Source of the DNA: a virus | Taxonomy: Duplodnaviria > Caudoviricetes | Strand: one strand, 5' to 3' | Virus record (IMG/VR): IMGVR_UViG_3300042366_000723 | Coordinates: 1 to 35,777 of that record | DNA length: 35,777 nt | Shown: in pieces, positions 1 through 8,949 of the stretch | Layout: each line of letters starts with the position of its first letter | How positions within the stretch are numbered: position 1 is the first letter of the stretch | Notes under the pieces: model-generated | What the model was told of the DNA's origin: nothing | Database searches by the model: none | Seen by the model: the letters and a program-made list of their open reading frames with translations, nothing else | Program-made: the position numbers and the translations under genes

Positions 1-110
1 CGACCTCGGACTACCTCCAGCTCACCATCAACACCGCGACGGCACTCGCCAACGGTGACGTGGTGAAGTTGCTCGTTGCCTACGTTCCGACCAACGACGT
101 GGTCAACTGA
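1..110 (+). CDS. 3' end of a head-region gene (capsid or cement/decoration protein), partial
   Basis: Frame from nt 3 reads TSDYLQLTINTATALANGDVVKLLVAYVPTNDVVN* with GC3-rich codons, followed by a terminator; product inferred from position only. Confidence 0.6.
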   Translation, partial: TSDYLQLTINTATALANGDVVKLLVAYVPTNDVVN

Positions 111-120
111 CCCACCTCAC

Positions 121-160
121 GCCCCAGGCCGGAACGACCACCGGCCTGGGGCTTTCTTTT
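121..160 (+). terminator. Rho-independent terminator
   Basis: Perfect 12-bp stem GCCCCAGGCCGG/CCGGCCTGGGGC, 8-nt loop, then TTTCTTTT. Confidence 0.9.
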
Positions 161-166
161 CTCAAT

Positions 167-239
167 CGCGGGATCGTCTAGCCTGGCAGGATACCTGGCT
201 CATAACCAGGTGGCGCGGGTTCAAATCCTGCTCCCGCAA
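167..239 (+). tRNA. tRNA-Met(CAT), initiator-like, CCA not encoded
   Basis: Acceptor CGCGGGA/TCCCGCA with C1:A72 mismatch and A73; D arm GTCT/GGAT; anticodon arm CCTGG-CTCATAA-CCAGG; T arm GCGGG-TTCAAAT-CCTGC. Confidence 0.9.
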
Positions 240-250
240 TTCCTCCGGCA

Positions 251-2044
251 ATGACGAACACCGATCTCGCGAACATGGCGCTCTCCCGGCTCGGAGAGCC
301 CAGAATCACGGACATTGCCGAGAACTCTCCCGCGGCGATCTCCTGCCGCGAGAACCTCGAACTGGTCCGCGACTCGCTTCTCAGAGCGCACCCGTGGAAC
401 TTCGCCATGGGCAGGGCCACGCTCACCGCCGGGGCCGCTCCTGCCTTCGGATGGGAATACTCCTACCCGCTTCCCGCTGACCTCCTGCGGGTTCTCACGT
501 TCAACGGCGTGCAGGCGGCCATGTGCGCCGCCGACTTCACCATCGAGGCCGGGAAACTGCTCGCCCATGTCGAGGAGGCCAAGATCACCTACGTCCGCCG
601 GGTGACCGACCCGACCTTCTTCGACCCGCTCTTCGTCGAGGTGCTGGTCCTCCGCCTCGCCTCGGCCATTGCCCTGGATGTCACCTCCTCGACCGAGAAG
701 CGGGACGCCATGGAGGTGCTTGCCGATCAGCGGATGAGGGGCGCGACGTTTGTCGATGCCGGGGAGCGCCGCGTCCAACTCGTTGACGGGCTTGAGGGCG
801 TGCGGATGCGGCACTACGGGTCCGTGGGGGAATGCCTCCAGAGCCCGATCTGGTCTGCCGGGACGCACGGGTGGTCGCCGGTTCTTGCTGCCGTACCCCA
901 CAGCAACGGCAAGGTGCTTCAGATCACCAACTGGATTGGCGGGAGCGGTGAAAAGCCTTCGACCGGCTACGTTGGCGCGAACGGGATCGTTTCCAGCATC
1001 AATGACGCGACCGTCATTCCTGACGGATTGTCCGGGAGTGAGGGAGACGACGGATGGACTCCCGTTTTTGCTGTCGAGTCCGATGGCGAGCGTCGCGTTC
1101 TGAAGGTGGTCGATTGGACCGGCGGGCAGGGAACAAAGCCCGCCATCAACGTATGGGTGGGGGCGACCGGGTTCGTGACAAGCATCGCGTCCGCGGTCAA
1201 CATTCGCGGCCCGCAGGGATTGTCGGGTCCGTCGGGCAATTCGATCACAGGCCAACCGGGACCGGCTGGACCGGCTGGACCGGCTGGGCCGGCTGGGCCG
1301 GCGGGAGCAGATGGTGACAGCGCCTACGAGGTGGCGTTGGCCAACGGGTTTGTCGGGACGGAAGAGCAGTGGCTCGACTCGTTGATCGGTCCGGTGGGTG
1401 ATGCAGGTCCGGCGGGTGCAGACGGGTCCAGCGGATCCCCCGGTCCGCAATTCAATAGCCGTGGGGAATGGGCAATCAACCAGACCTACAACCTCTACGA
1501 TGCGGTCACGCACGAAGGGTCGAGCTACTGGGCTTTGAGCCAACTCAACAGCGTTAACAATACTCCTCCAAACGTGCCGCAGTCTTGGCAACTCATTGCG
1601 TCAAAAGGCGACACCGGACCGGCGGGAGCGACCGGTCCGGCGGGAGCAACCGGCCCCCAAGGCCCAGCCGGTGCCACCTTTTCCAACGGACAGCTCGGCA
1701 TCGTCATCGACGGGGCGGGAAGCACGATTACCACGGGGGTAAAAGGCTATCTGCGAGTGCCCTACGCCTGCACGATCAACTCCGTCGAGATCGTCGCGAA
1801 CGCATCCGGTTCGATCGTCGTCGATGTCTGGCGAGACACGTACGCCAACTTCCCTCCGGTCGTCGGTGATGCCATCACCGGATCGGCGAAACCGACTCTA
1901 TCAAGCGCACTAACCTCGCAGTCCTCGACACTGACCGGATGGACGACGAGCCTGTCGGCGGGTGATTATCTTGCGTTCAACGTCGATTCCGCCACCACCG
2001 TGAGCCGCGTCACCCTCACCCTCGTCGTCACCCGCACCTCATGA
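251..2044 (+). CDS. Tail tubular protein A/adaptor-like domain fused to collagen-like fibre (paralog 1)
   Basis: N-terminal ~190 aa with DLANMALSRLG, LLRAHPWNFA, YSYPLPAD, FDPLFVEVL adaptor motifs; two GW(S/T)PV..KP..VGA repeats; GXY runs; SAYEVA..GFVGTEEQWL motif; RGEW..Y..YDAV.H.GSSY module; C-terminal beta domain. Confidence 0.8.
   Translation: MTNTDLANMALSRLGEPRITDIAENSPAAISCRENLELVRDSLLRAHPWNFAMGRATLTAGAAPAFGWEYSYPLPADLLRVLTFNGVQAAMCAADFTIEAGKLLAHVEEAKITYVRRVTDPTFFDPLFVEVLVLRLASAIALDVTSSTEKRDAMEVLADQRMRGATFVDAGERRVQLVDGLEGVRMRHYGSVGECLQSPIWSAGTHGWSPVLAAVPHSNGKVLQITNWIGGSGEKPSTGYVGANGIVSSINDATVIPDGLSGSEGDDGWTPVFAVESDGERRVLKVVDWTGGQGTKPAINVWVGATGFVTSIASAVNIRGPQGLSGPSGNSITGQPGPAGPAGPAGPAGPAGADGDSAYEVALANGFVGTEEQWLDSLIGPVGDAGPAGADGSSGSPGPQFNSRGEWAINQTYNLYDAVTHEGSSYWALSQLNSVNNTPPNVPQSWQLIASKGDTGPAGATGPAGATGPQGPAGATFSNGQLGIVIDGAGSTITTGVKGYLRVPYACTINSVEIVANASGSIVVDVWRDTYANFPPVVGDAITGSAKPTLSSALTSQSSTLTGWTTSLSAGDYLAFNVDSATTVSRVTLTLVVTRTS
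1259..1309 (+). repeat. 9-nt tandem repeat encoding (GPA)n collagen
   Basis: GG(A/G)CCGGCT units in tandem. Confidence 0.8.
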
Positions 2045-2358
2045 GCGATCGAGAGCAGATAATCGCCAGCATGGCGGCAGACTTTGAAACACTCCCGCAG
2101 TGGCTCCGCGATCCTTTTGAGCCATTCCGCGACACCGTGGTGCTGCTCATGGAGCGGCGCCAGGAGGAACTCGCCCGCAATCTCATCGCCGCGATTCCGA
2201 CTCCGGCGGGTTTCGATGAGAGTCAAGTGTCCGCTTTTTCTGCGGCAGTCGCGGCAATTCTTTCCGGCCTTGACGCGATCATCGCCGCCCGGCCCTGCAA
2301 CCAACCCGAATTCATCGCCGCCTACGAAGCCACCGTGCAAGCCCGTCTCGACCAATGA
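2041..2358 (+). CDS. Hypothetical protein, possible fibre assembly chaperone
   Basis: 105 aa, acidic and helical-looking, ATGA-coupled to both neighbours; function inferred from position. Confidence 0.6.
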   Translation: MSDREQIIASMAADFETLPQWLRDPFEPFRDTVVLLMERRQEELARNLIAAIPTPAGFDESQVSAFSAAVAAILSGLDAIIAARPCNQPEFIAAYEATVQARLDQ

Positions 2359-3404
2359 TTGCCTCCGTTCCAACGATGTCGATGCCCGCCTTCCCGAACA
2401 ATGTTTCGGCGGCCCCCGCTTTGGCATCCGGCACGAATTTTGACCTCAACGCCGCGTCTGCGTCGGTGGCATACGTGATGCAGATGCCGTCAACTCAAAC
2501 CATCGACCGAGTGTGGTTTCGAGTTGGGGCGGCAACAACCGGATGCACTGCGACAGTGCGGCTCGAAACGGTCGGCACTGGGGACGGTCTTCCGACCTCG
2601 ACACTCGTCCATGCGAACGCATCACAGACGGTGACAATCACCAGTGGCGCAGCCGACTACGAGGTGACTTTCCCCGGCACCTTTTCGATTTCTCAGGGAG
2701 ACCTGTTCGCCTTTGTCATCCAGGCAACCAGCGGCACACCGTCAGCGGTGCGTTTCGCGAACTTCGCCGACGACAATCACGGCAACGGACTGCCCTACGC
2801 GCTCGATTCCGGGTCGCACGTAGGGACGCTCGCGCCATGCTTTGGCATCGGCATCAGCGGCAGTGCGGTGCCGATGCGGCATATGTGGCCGATCAATGCT
2901 GCCGCCCTCGAAACCTACAACAACACATCATCGCCCGATTTTCGAGGCAACAAAATCACGATCAGCGCACGGGTGCGGTGCGTCGGATTGCGGGTCTGGG
3001 TCGATCTCGACGCTGGGGCGGAAGCGATTCTTTTCGCGGCAGATGGACAGACCGAACTGGCTGCGGTGACGTTGCACGCGAGCGTGCCACCGGACACAGC
3101 AGCATGGACCCAAGAGTGCCTTTTCGCGTCGTCGGTTACTCTTGAGCCTGGCACGTATTACGTCGCGGTCGAGGCGACGAGCGGAACGAACATTGGCCTC
3201 GGTGTCATCACGTTCCCTTCCGCGACGTGGCGGGCTGGATCGCCTTTCGGTGGAGCGGACGTGGTTTACACGGGCGCGACTAACGCACCCAGCGGCACTG
3301 GTAGCTGGACCGATACGACAACAAAACAGGCGATGATCGCCTTGCTCATCGACGGCGTCGATGACGGGGCAGGCGGACAAACTGCGCACGTTTTCATGGC
3401 ATGA
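2355..3404 (+). CDS. Putative receptor-binding or fibre-tip protein
   Basis: 349 aa, T/S/G/A-rich, beta-strand-like, apparently two similar halves; lies between the two fibre genes; ATGA-coupled. Confidence 0.55.
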   Translation: MIASVPTMSMPAFPNNVSAAPALASGTNFDLNAASASVAYVMQMPSTQTIDRVWFRVGAATTGCTATVRLETVGTGDGLPTSTLVHANASQTVTITSGAADYEVTFPGTFSISQGDLFAFVIQATSGTPSAVRFANFADDNHGNGLPYALDSGSHVGTLAPCFGIGISGSAVPMRHMWPINAAALETYNNTSSPDFRGNKITISARVRCVGLRVWVDLDAGAEAILFAADGQTELAAVTLHASVPPDTAAWTQECLFASSVTLEPGTYYVAVEATSGTNIGLGVITFPSATWRAGSPFGGADVVYTGATNAPSGTGSWTDTTTKQAMIALLIDGVDDGAGGQTAHVFMA

Positions 3405-5677
3405 CCGAGACTGACATCGCCAACCGCGCCCTCTCCCTCCTCGGGGAGCCGGCCATCCTGTCGTTGGACGACGGGACTGCGGTTTCGCGGGCGCTGGGTG
3501 TCCATTACGAGCAGGTGCGAGATTCGCTCCTGCGCTCTCATGCGTGGGACTTTGCCATTGAGCGGGTCGAGCTGTCCCAATCCGCCGAGGCTCCGCCCTT
3601 CGGGTGGCAATACCAGTTCCCGCTTCCGGCAGACTTCCTCCGACTTGAAACCTTCAACCAGGTGGAGGCCGGATCCTGCCAATCCTCCTTTGCGGTGGAG
3701 GGCGGGATGCTCGTCACCAACTCCTCGGCGGCGCAGATCACCTATGTGGCGAGGGTCACCAATCCTGGCCAGTGGGACGCCCTTTTCGCGGACGTGTTCG
3801 CCCACCGCCTCGCCGCCGCAGCCTGCCTCCAGATCACGGGCAGCGATGGCCGGAAGCAGGGCATCGACCGCCACGCGGAGCGCCGACTCAAGGAAGCCCG
3901 CATGGTCGATGCGAACCAGGGCTTGAGGACGCCGGATCCGCTGGAGCGCGGGGCCATTGGCCGGAACGTGCGGCCCATGAACGGCGACTTCGACCACGTC
4001 AGGACGGTCATCGGCCCGCCTGGACCTCCGGGACCGGCAGGCCCGGCTGGACCGGCGGGCGGACCGCAAGGACCGGCGGGACCGGTGGGACCGCAAGGAC
4101 CGGCGGGAGTGGGTTCGCTTTGGCTACAAGGCGAAGGCGCACCTTCCTCGGGAGATGGAGGGGAGGGGGACTTCTGGCTCGACACGGACACCGGCAACAT
4201 CTACGGTCCGAAGGGAAGCAGTGCGTGGGGAGGTGTGGTCTTCAACATTGCCGAGGGGCAGCAGGGAACCCAAGGCGCGCCCGGAATACAAGGGCAGCAG
4301 GGAATTCAAGGAATTCAAGGAATTCAAGGCCAGACCGGACCCGAGGGACCGGCAGGACCGTCGAACTTTCTCAGCATTGGGAACGTGTCAGCGGTGTCCT
4401 ACGACTCCAACGCTTACGGGGTGACCATCAGTGGTGCGCCTCCGGCCCAGCAACTTAGCTTCATCCTTCCGAGCGGACCTCCCGGTTCCATCGGGGCGCA
4501 GTACCAATTCTCAAGCGGCACATCAACCGCCACTGCGTTCAATCGCTTCTTGAACTTCAACAATGCGACCTTCGCGAATATCACCGCGATCCTACTCAGC
4601 ACGACCGACGACTATCTCATCGACCAGACCGCATGGCTGGATTCGTTCGACGACAGCAGCAGTGCCATCCGGGGGCAGGTCCGCATCATCAAGAAAAACC
4701 AACCCGGAGTCCAACGCCTCTTCAACATCACCGGAGCGACGACGAGCATCACCGGAGGCAGGATTCTCTCGGTGACGCCAGTGTCGAGCGTCGGAACGAT
4801 CAACGCAGGGGATGTCCTTGAAGTGGGTTTCAGCCGGACGGGAGACAAGGGGGAAGTCGGAGCGCAAGGACAGCAGGGGGTGCAGGGGTTGCAGGGGGTT
4901 CAAGGCCCATCTTCCGGCATTCAACTGACCAGAACAACGGACGGGAACTCGAATCCGTTCGGGACGATTTTTTCTGTTTCATTCGGGAGTCCGTCACCGG
5001 GAGCAAGCTTCACCATTTTTTTCAACGAAGGCACGTTTATACCTGCTCTCAGTTTGGTTGCGGGTGACTACGTCAACGCGAGTTCGGCAACGACCCATAT
5101 CTCGTTCGAGGTGGTATCAACATTCGGCACGGGCACCGGGGCGATTCAAGTCAGTGCGAAAAATATCCAGGGATCGTTCGGCTCAATCAACGCCGCGCAC
5201 GGGTTCACTGTATCAAAGCGAGGAAATGATGGGTTCGGAATCCTCACCGGGATGGTGACTCCCTATGCCGGAATGGCACTCCCCGCCGGGTGGCTATGGT
5301 GCGACGGATCGTCTGTTTCGCGCACGACCTACGCCGACCTTTTCACCGCCATCGGAACCACCTACGGGTCCGTCGATGCGTCGTCCTTCACCCTCCCCGA
5401 CCTTCGTGGTCGTGTCGCAGCCGGGCGTGATGACATGAACAACACCGTCGGCACAGGCGGAGGGAATGCCGGGCGACTCACAACGGCATCTCTCGACGGG
5501 GACATCCTCGGAAACGCAGGCGGAGCAGAAACTCACTCGCACTCGATCACGCGTTCGTCGGCGAGCACCACAACCACTGGCGGCAGTGCGACTCGCGTCA
5601 CCTCAGTCACGACTCCCACGAGAGGCGCGTCGTCACTCCAGCCGACCATCATCCTCAACTACATCATCAAGACCTGA
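3401..5677 (+). CDS. Tail tubular protein A/adaptor-like domain fused to collagen fibre with tail-collar domain (paralog 2)
   Basis: N-terminus paralogous to 251..2044 (DIANRALSLLGEP, VRDSLLRSHAWDFA, FGWQYQFPLPADFLR); GXY runs; collar motif GMVTPYAG..PAGWLWCDG..SRTTYADLFTAIGTTYG..FTLPDLRGR; ends QPTIILNYIIKT. Confidence 0.85.
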   Translation: MTETDIANRALSLLGEPAILSLDDGTAVSRALGVHYEQVRDSLLRSHAWDFAIERVELSQSAEAPPFGWQYQFPLPADFLRLETFNQVEAGSCQSSFAVEGGMLVTNSSAAQITYVARVTNPGQWDALFADVFAHRLAAAACLQITGSDGRKQGIDRHAERRLKEARMVDANQGLRTPDPLERGAIGRNVRPMNGDFDHVRTVIGPPGPPGPAGPAGPAGGPQGPAGPVGPQGPAGVGSLWLQGEGAPSSGDGGEGDFWLDTDTGNIYGPKGSSAWGGVVFNIAEGQQGTQGAPGIQGQQGIQGIQGIQGQTGPEGPAGPSNFLSIGNVSAVSYDSNAYGVTISGAPPAQQLSFILPSGPPGSIGAQYQFSSGTSTATAFNRFLNFNNATFANITAILLSTTDDYLIDQTAWLDSFDDSSSAIRGQVRIIKKNQPGVQRLFNITGATTSITGGRILSVTPVSSVGTINAGDVLEVGFSRTGDKGEVGAQGQQGVQGLQGVQGPSSGIQLTRTTDGNSNPFGTIFSVSFGSPSPGASFTIFFNEGTFIPALSLVAGDYVNASSATTHISFEVVSTFGTGTGAIQVSAKNIQGSFGSINAAHGFTVSKRGNDGFGILTGMVTPYAGMALPAGWLWCDGSSVSRTTYADLFTAIGTTYGSVDASSFTLPDLRGRVAAGRDDMNNTVGTGGGNAGRLTTASLDGDILGNAGGAETHSHSITRSSASTTTTGGSATRVTSVTTPTRGASSLQPTIILNYIIKT
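4301..4329 (+). repeat. 9-nt tandem repeat GGAATTCAA x3 (GIQ collagen)
   Basis: Three exact copies followed by GG. Confidence 0.8.
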
Positions 5678-8600
5678 TGAGCATCCACGTCCATCGAAAC
5701 AGCTTCAACGCCGGGGAACTCTCCCCGCTCATGGACGCCCGTGTGGACGAGGCGAAGCACCCGTTCTCCTGCCGCATTCTGGAGAACTTCATTCCGAAGA
5801 TCTACGGCGGCGCGTTTCGTCGGCCCGGCACGATGTATCTCGCGACCCAGCACGCTTTGGCGGATTGGGTGGAGAATGTAAATCGCGACCACCGGCTATT
5901 GTTTCCCAATGGAAATCCTCCACCCCCTCCGACAGTTTTCCGTGCCAATGGGGTGGAAGCAAATGACGCCGATTGGGTCGTGGTCACGGCGAAGGTGGAA
6001 TATTCAACCGCCTCCAATCCTACCAATGCCGCAAACACGACCCAGGGTTTTTCCTCTGGATCGGTCTGGGTGAATCTTTCCACCGGTGCGGTTTACACCT
6101 GCTCCAGTGCCGACAGCAGCACGGCGACGTGGACCCTTTCGACGGCACAGCACAACAAGACCGCAACGACATTTCCGATTCCATCTGACGACTCTGGAGA
6201 TGGTTATCAAGTCGGTTCTCTTTGGTTCGATGTTGGCAAGTTCTACCCGGCCAATACGCTTTACCTTGAGGATGACGGCAAGACGGTCTACAAGGTCACC
6301 GCATCGACGCCATGGACATGGACTTTGGTCACTGTGCAGAACAAGCTGGACGGAAACGGACCACCAACGTCGGCCAATAACAACTCGCAAGGTTACGTCG
6401 TGAACTCGGTGTGGATTGATGAGCCCAACAGGGCGGTCTACGTATGCACCGCATCCACCACCGCTACGGCAACCTGGGCTTTGTCTACCGCAAAGAATAA
6501 TCTCGACGGGATCACTATCCCGACCGAAAGCAACAATTCCTCGCAGGGCTACACCAACGCCGGTGCTTACACAAGCGAATCGTATTGGGTCCGCAATAAC
6601 CGGAAACTCTGGAGACGAAATTCAACAAGTGCTGGGATCCTTGTTTGGTCTGATGTGACCGGAACCAGCAACCTGACCTCGACCCGCCCTCCCTCCGGCG
6701 CGGACATTGGGCATCCCATCGGAGACTACTGGGTTTGGGAAGATGAAAACCGTGCCTGGCAACTGGCCTCGCTCACCAACCAAGAGCCGATCCGACTTTT
6801 CGACTTCAACGTCTCAGCCACGACCCGCTACATTCTCGCCTTCGGGGACGGGTATGTCCGCATCTACAACGACGACGGAACTCCGTTCATTGACCAAGTC
6901 AATTTGCCCTACAACCTTCCGCTCCAGCTTGCCACGCCCTATCTGGCCGCCGACCTCTTCGAGGTTCAGATCGCGCAGTTGGGGAACCTGGCCTATTTCG
7001 CGCACCCCAAGTATCCACCCCAGAAGCTGGAGCGATTTTTCCGCGCCAACTTCAACGCGGACACTTTTCAGTGGTCGCGAGTCAGCTGGTCTTTCCCCGC
7101 CTTTCGAGACACCAACAATTCCGGCGTCACTGCCACCCCTTCGGCAACATCGGGAAGTTCCATAAACATCAACTTTACGGCGGATCCGTTCACTGACACG
7201 CTTCAGTATGGCAAATACACCGGCGCAAGGATCATGCTGTCGCAACGGCGTGCGGCGAGTCATGTGAAACTGGCGCTGGGCGGGACCGCAAGCAGTGACG
7301 CGGTCAACATTCTTGGATCCTACCAAGTCTTCACCTACGGAACCTTCACCGGAACGCTGCGGGTGCAGGCCAAGGACAAGGCCGGAGCATGGACGACCCT
7401 GCGCTCGTTTGAGTTCACCGCCGAAACCGGCGGACGGCAGATTGTGTTCAGCTCGGCAACTCAGGAGGCGACCGACCTTCGCCTCGACGTGACCCACACC
7501 TCAACGCCTTCCGGGGCGTCACCCGTTGCCTACCTCGAAGCCGGAGACTCCCGCCGCGTCGGCTACGCACGAATCAGTGACGGTATTGGGTTTAACGAAT
7601 CGCTCCCAGTGGTTGATTGTGCCGTGCAGCTTCCTTTCGACTCGACCGCCGCAACGACCGAATGGGCCATTGAGGCATGGGCTGAATACGCCGGGTGGCC
7701 TCGGGCCGTCTGCTTCCACGAACAGCGCCTCTGGTTTGGCGGAACCGAACTCCAGCCCAACACGATCTGGGCCTCCGCCACCGGGGACTACGAGAACTTC
7801 CGCCGAGGCGCCTTTGACAACGATGCGCTCGCCTTCACGCTCGCGGCGCAGGAGGGCTCCGCGATTCAAAGCCTGGTCTCGCATTCCAGCCTCGTCATCT
7901 TCACGCAGAGTGAGGAGTGGACCGCCGCCACGTCGCAGCAGACGGCGATCACGCCGAGCAACATCTTCGTCCGGCGTCAATCGCGTTTTGGCTCAACGCA
8001 CCGCCAGGCGTTCGTCGCGGCCAACAACCTGCTTTTCCTCCAGCGGGGGGCGCGGAAGCTCCGCCAGTTCAGCTACGGGCAGGGAGGGGAGGGTGTCGCC
8101 AGTGACCTGACCCTGTTGGCCGAGCATATCACCCGCTCCGGGATCCGACAGATGGCCTTCCAGCAACAACCCGACCCGATCATCTGGGCGGTCCGAAACG
8201 ATGGCGTCCTCCTCTCCCTGACCTATGAGCCCGACCAGAGCGTCATTGCCTGGGCTCGCCACACCTCCGGAACCGGCTTGGTCGAATCCGTCGCGGTGAT
8301 CTACGGCGACGAAGGGGACGCTGATCAAGTCTGGCTGGTCGTCAACCGGGGAGGGACGCGCCTCATCGAGCGGTTCGACCCGGACCATTTCGCGAAGCTC
8401 GACGAGAACAATGCCGACGAACTGGTCTACGTCGATTCGGCGGTCCTCGTCTCCGGCTCACCCAGCACGACCATTTCCGGCCTGACCCACCTCAACGGCT
8501 CAACGGTGGCCATCCTCGCGGACGCCGGGGTCGAGGAGTCCAAGGTCGTCTCCGCCGGTCAAGTGTCCATCGGGACGGCGGCGGCGGTGCGGATCGCGGG

Positions 8601-8949
8601 GATTCCGTATACCTCGCGCCTCCAGCCTTCCAAGATCGAGGTGGGCATGGACAACGGCACGGCGCAGGGGCGGCGCTTTGTCGCCAAGCGGGCCACGTTG
8701 AACCTGTGGAAGACTTTCGGGGCGCAGTATGCCGACGACCCGTCCGCGACCGAATCGAAGTGGTTCGAGGTGCTGGGCCGGTCCACCGAAACCAACAGTG
8801 GCGAGGCCGAGCCGCTTTACACAGGAATGGTTGACATTACCAACCTTGGCGCACACAAGACCAGTATCGACTTCACGCTCCGCCAGACCCTGCCGCTTCC
8901 CTGCAACATCCTCGCGGTGATTCCAAAAATCGAAGTCCTAGGCAAATGA
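5677..8949 (+). CDS. Tail tubular protein B/nozzle-like protein with a ~310-aa insertion
   Basis: SFNAGELSPLM..R.D, LENFIP..GGAFRRPGT, GWPRAVCFHEQRLWFGG, WAVRNDG.L.SLTY..Q.V.AWARH, GLTHLNG.TV.ILAD motifs. Confidence 0.88.
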   Translation: MSIHVHRNSFNAGELSPLMDARVDEAKHPFSCRILENFIPKIYGGAFRRPGTMYLATQHALADWVENVNRDHRLLFPNGNPPPPPTVFRANGVEANDADWVVVTAKVEYSTASNPTNAANTTQGFSSGSVWVNLSTGAVYTCSSADSSTATWTLSTAQHNKTATTFPIPSDDSGDGYQVGSLWFDVGKFYPANTLYLEDDGKTVYKVTASTPWTWTLVTVQNKLDGNGPPTSANNNSQGYVVNSVWIDEPNRAVYVCTASTTATATWALSTAKNNLDGITIPTESNNSSQGYTNAGAYTSESYWVRNNRKLWRRNSTSAGILVWSDVTGTSNLTSTRPPSGADIGHPIGDYWVWEDENRAWQLASLTNQEPIRLFDFNVSATTRYILAFGDGYVRIYNDDGTPFIDQVNLPYNLPLQLATPYLAADLFEVQIAQLGNLAYFAHPKYPPQKLERFFRANFNADTFQWSRVSWSFPAFRDTNNSGVTATPSATSGSSININFTADPFTDTLQYGKYTGARIMLSQRRAASHVKLALGGTASSDAVNILGSYQVFTYGTFTGTLRVQAKDKAGAWTTLRSFEFTAETGGRQIVFSSATQEATDLRLDVTHTSTPSGASPVAYLEAGDSRRVGYARISDGIGFNESLPVVDCAVQLPFDSTAATTEWAIEAWAEYAGWPRAVCFHEQRLWFGGTELQPNTIWASATGDYENFRRGAFDNDALAFTLAAQEGSAIQSLVSHSSLVIFTQSEEWTAATSQQTAITPSNIFVRRQSRFGSTHRQAFVAANNLLFLQRGARKLRQFSYGQGGEGVASDLTLLAEHITRSGIRQMAFQQQPDPIIWAVRNDGVLLSLTYEPDQSVIAWARHTSGTGLVESVAVIYGDEGDADQVWLVVNRGGTRLIERFDPDHFAKLDENNADELVYVDSAVLVSGSPSTTISGLTHLNGSTVAILADAGVEESKVVSAGQVSIGTAAAVRIAGIPYTSRLQPSKIEVGMDNGTAQGRRFVAKRATLNLWKTFGAQYADDPSATESKWFEVLGRSTETNSGEAEPLYTGMVDITNLGAHKTSIDFTLRQTLPLPCNILAVIPKIEVLGK

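Noticed and set aside
251-5677. Diversity-generating retroelement acting on the fibres (BPP-1-like phage)
   Set aside because: No reverse transcriptase and no TR/VR pair differing at adenines seen in the window
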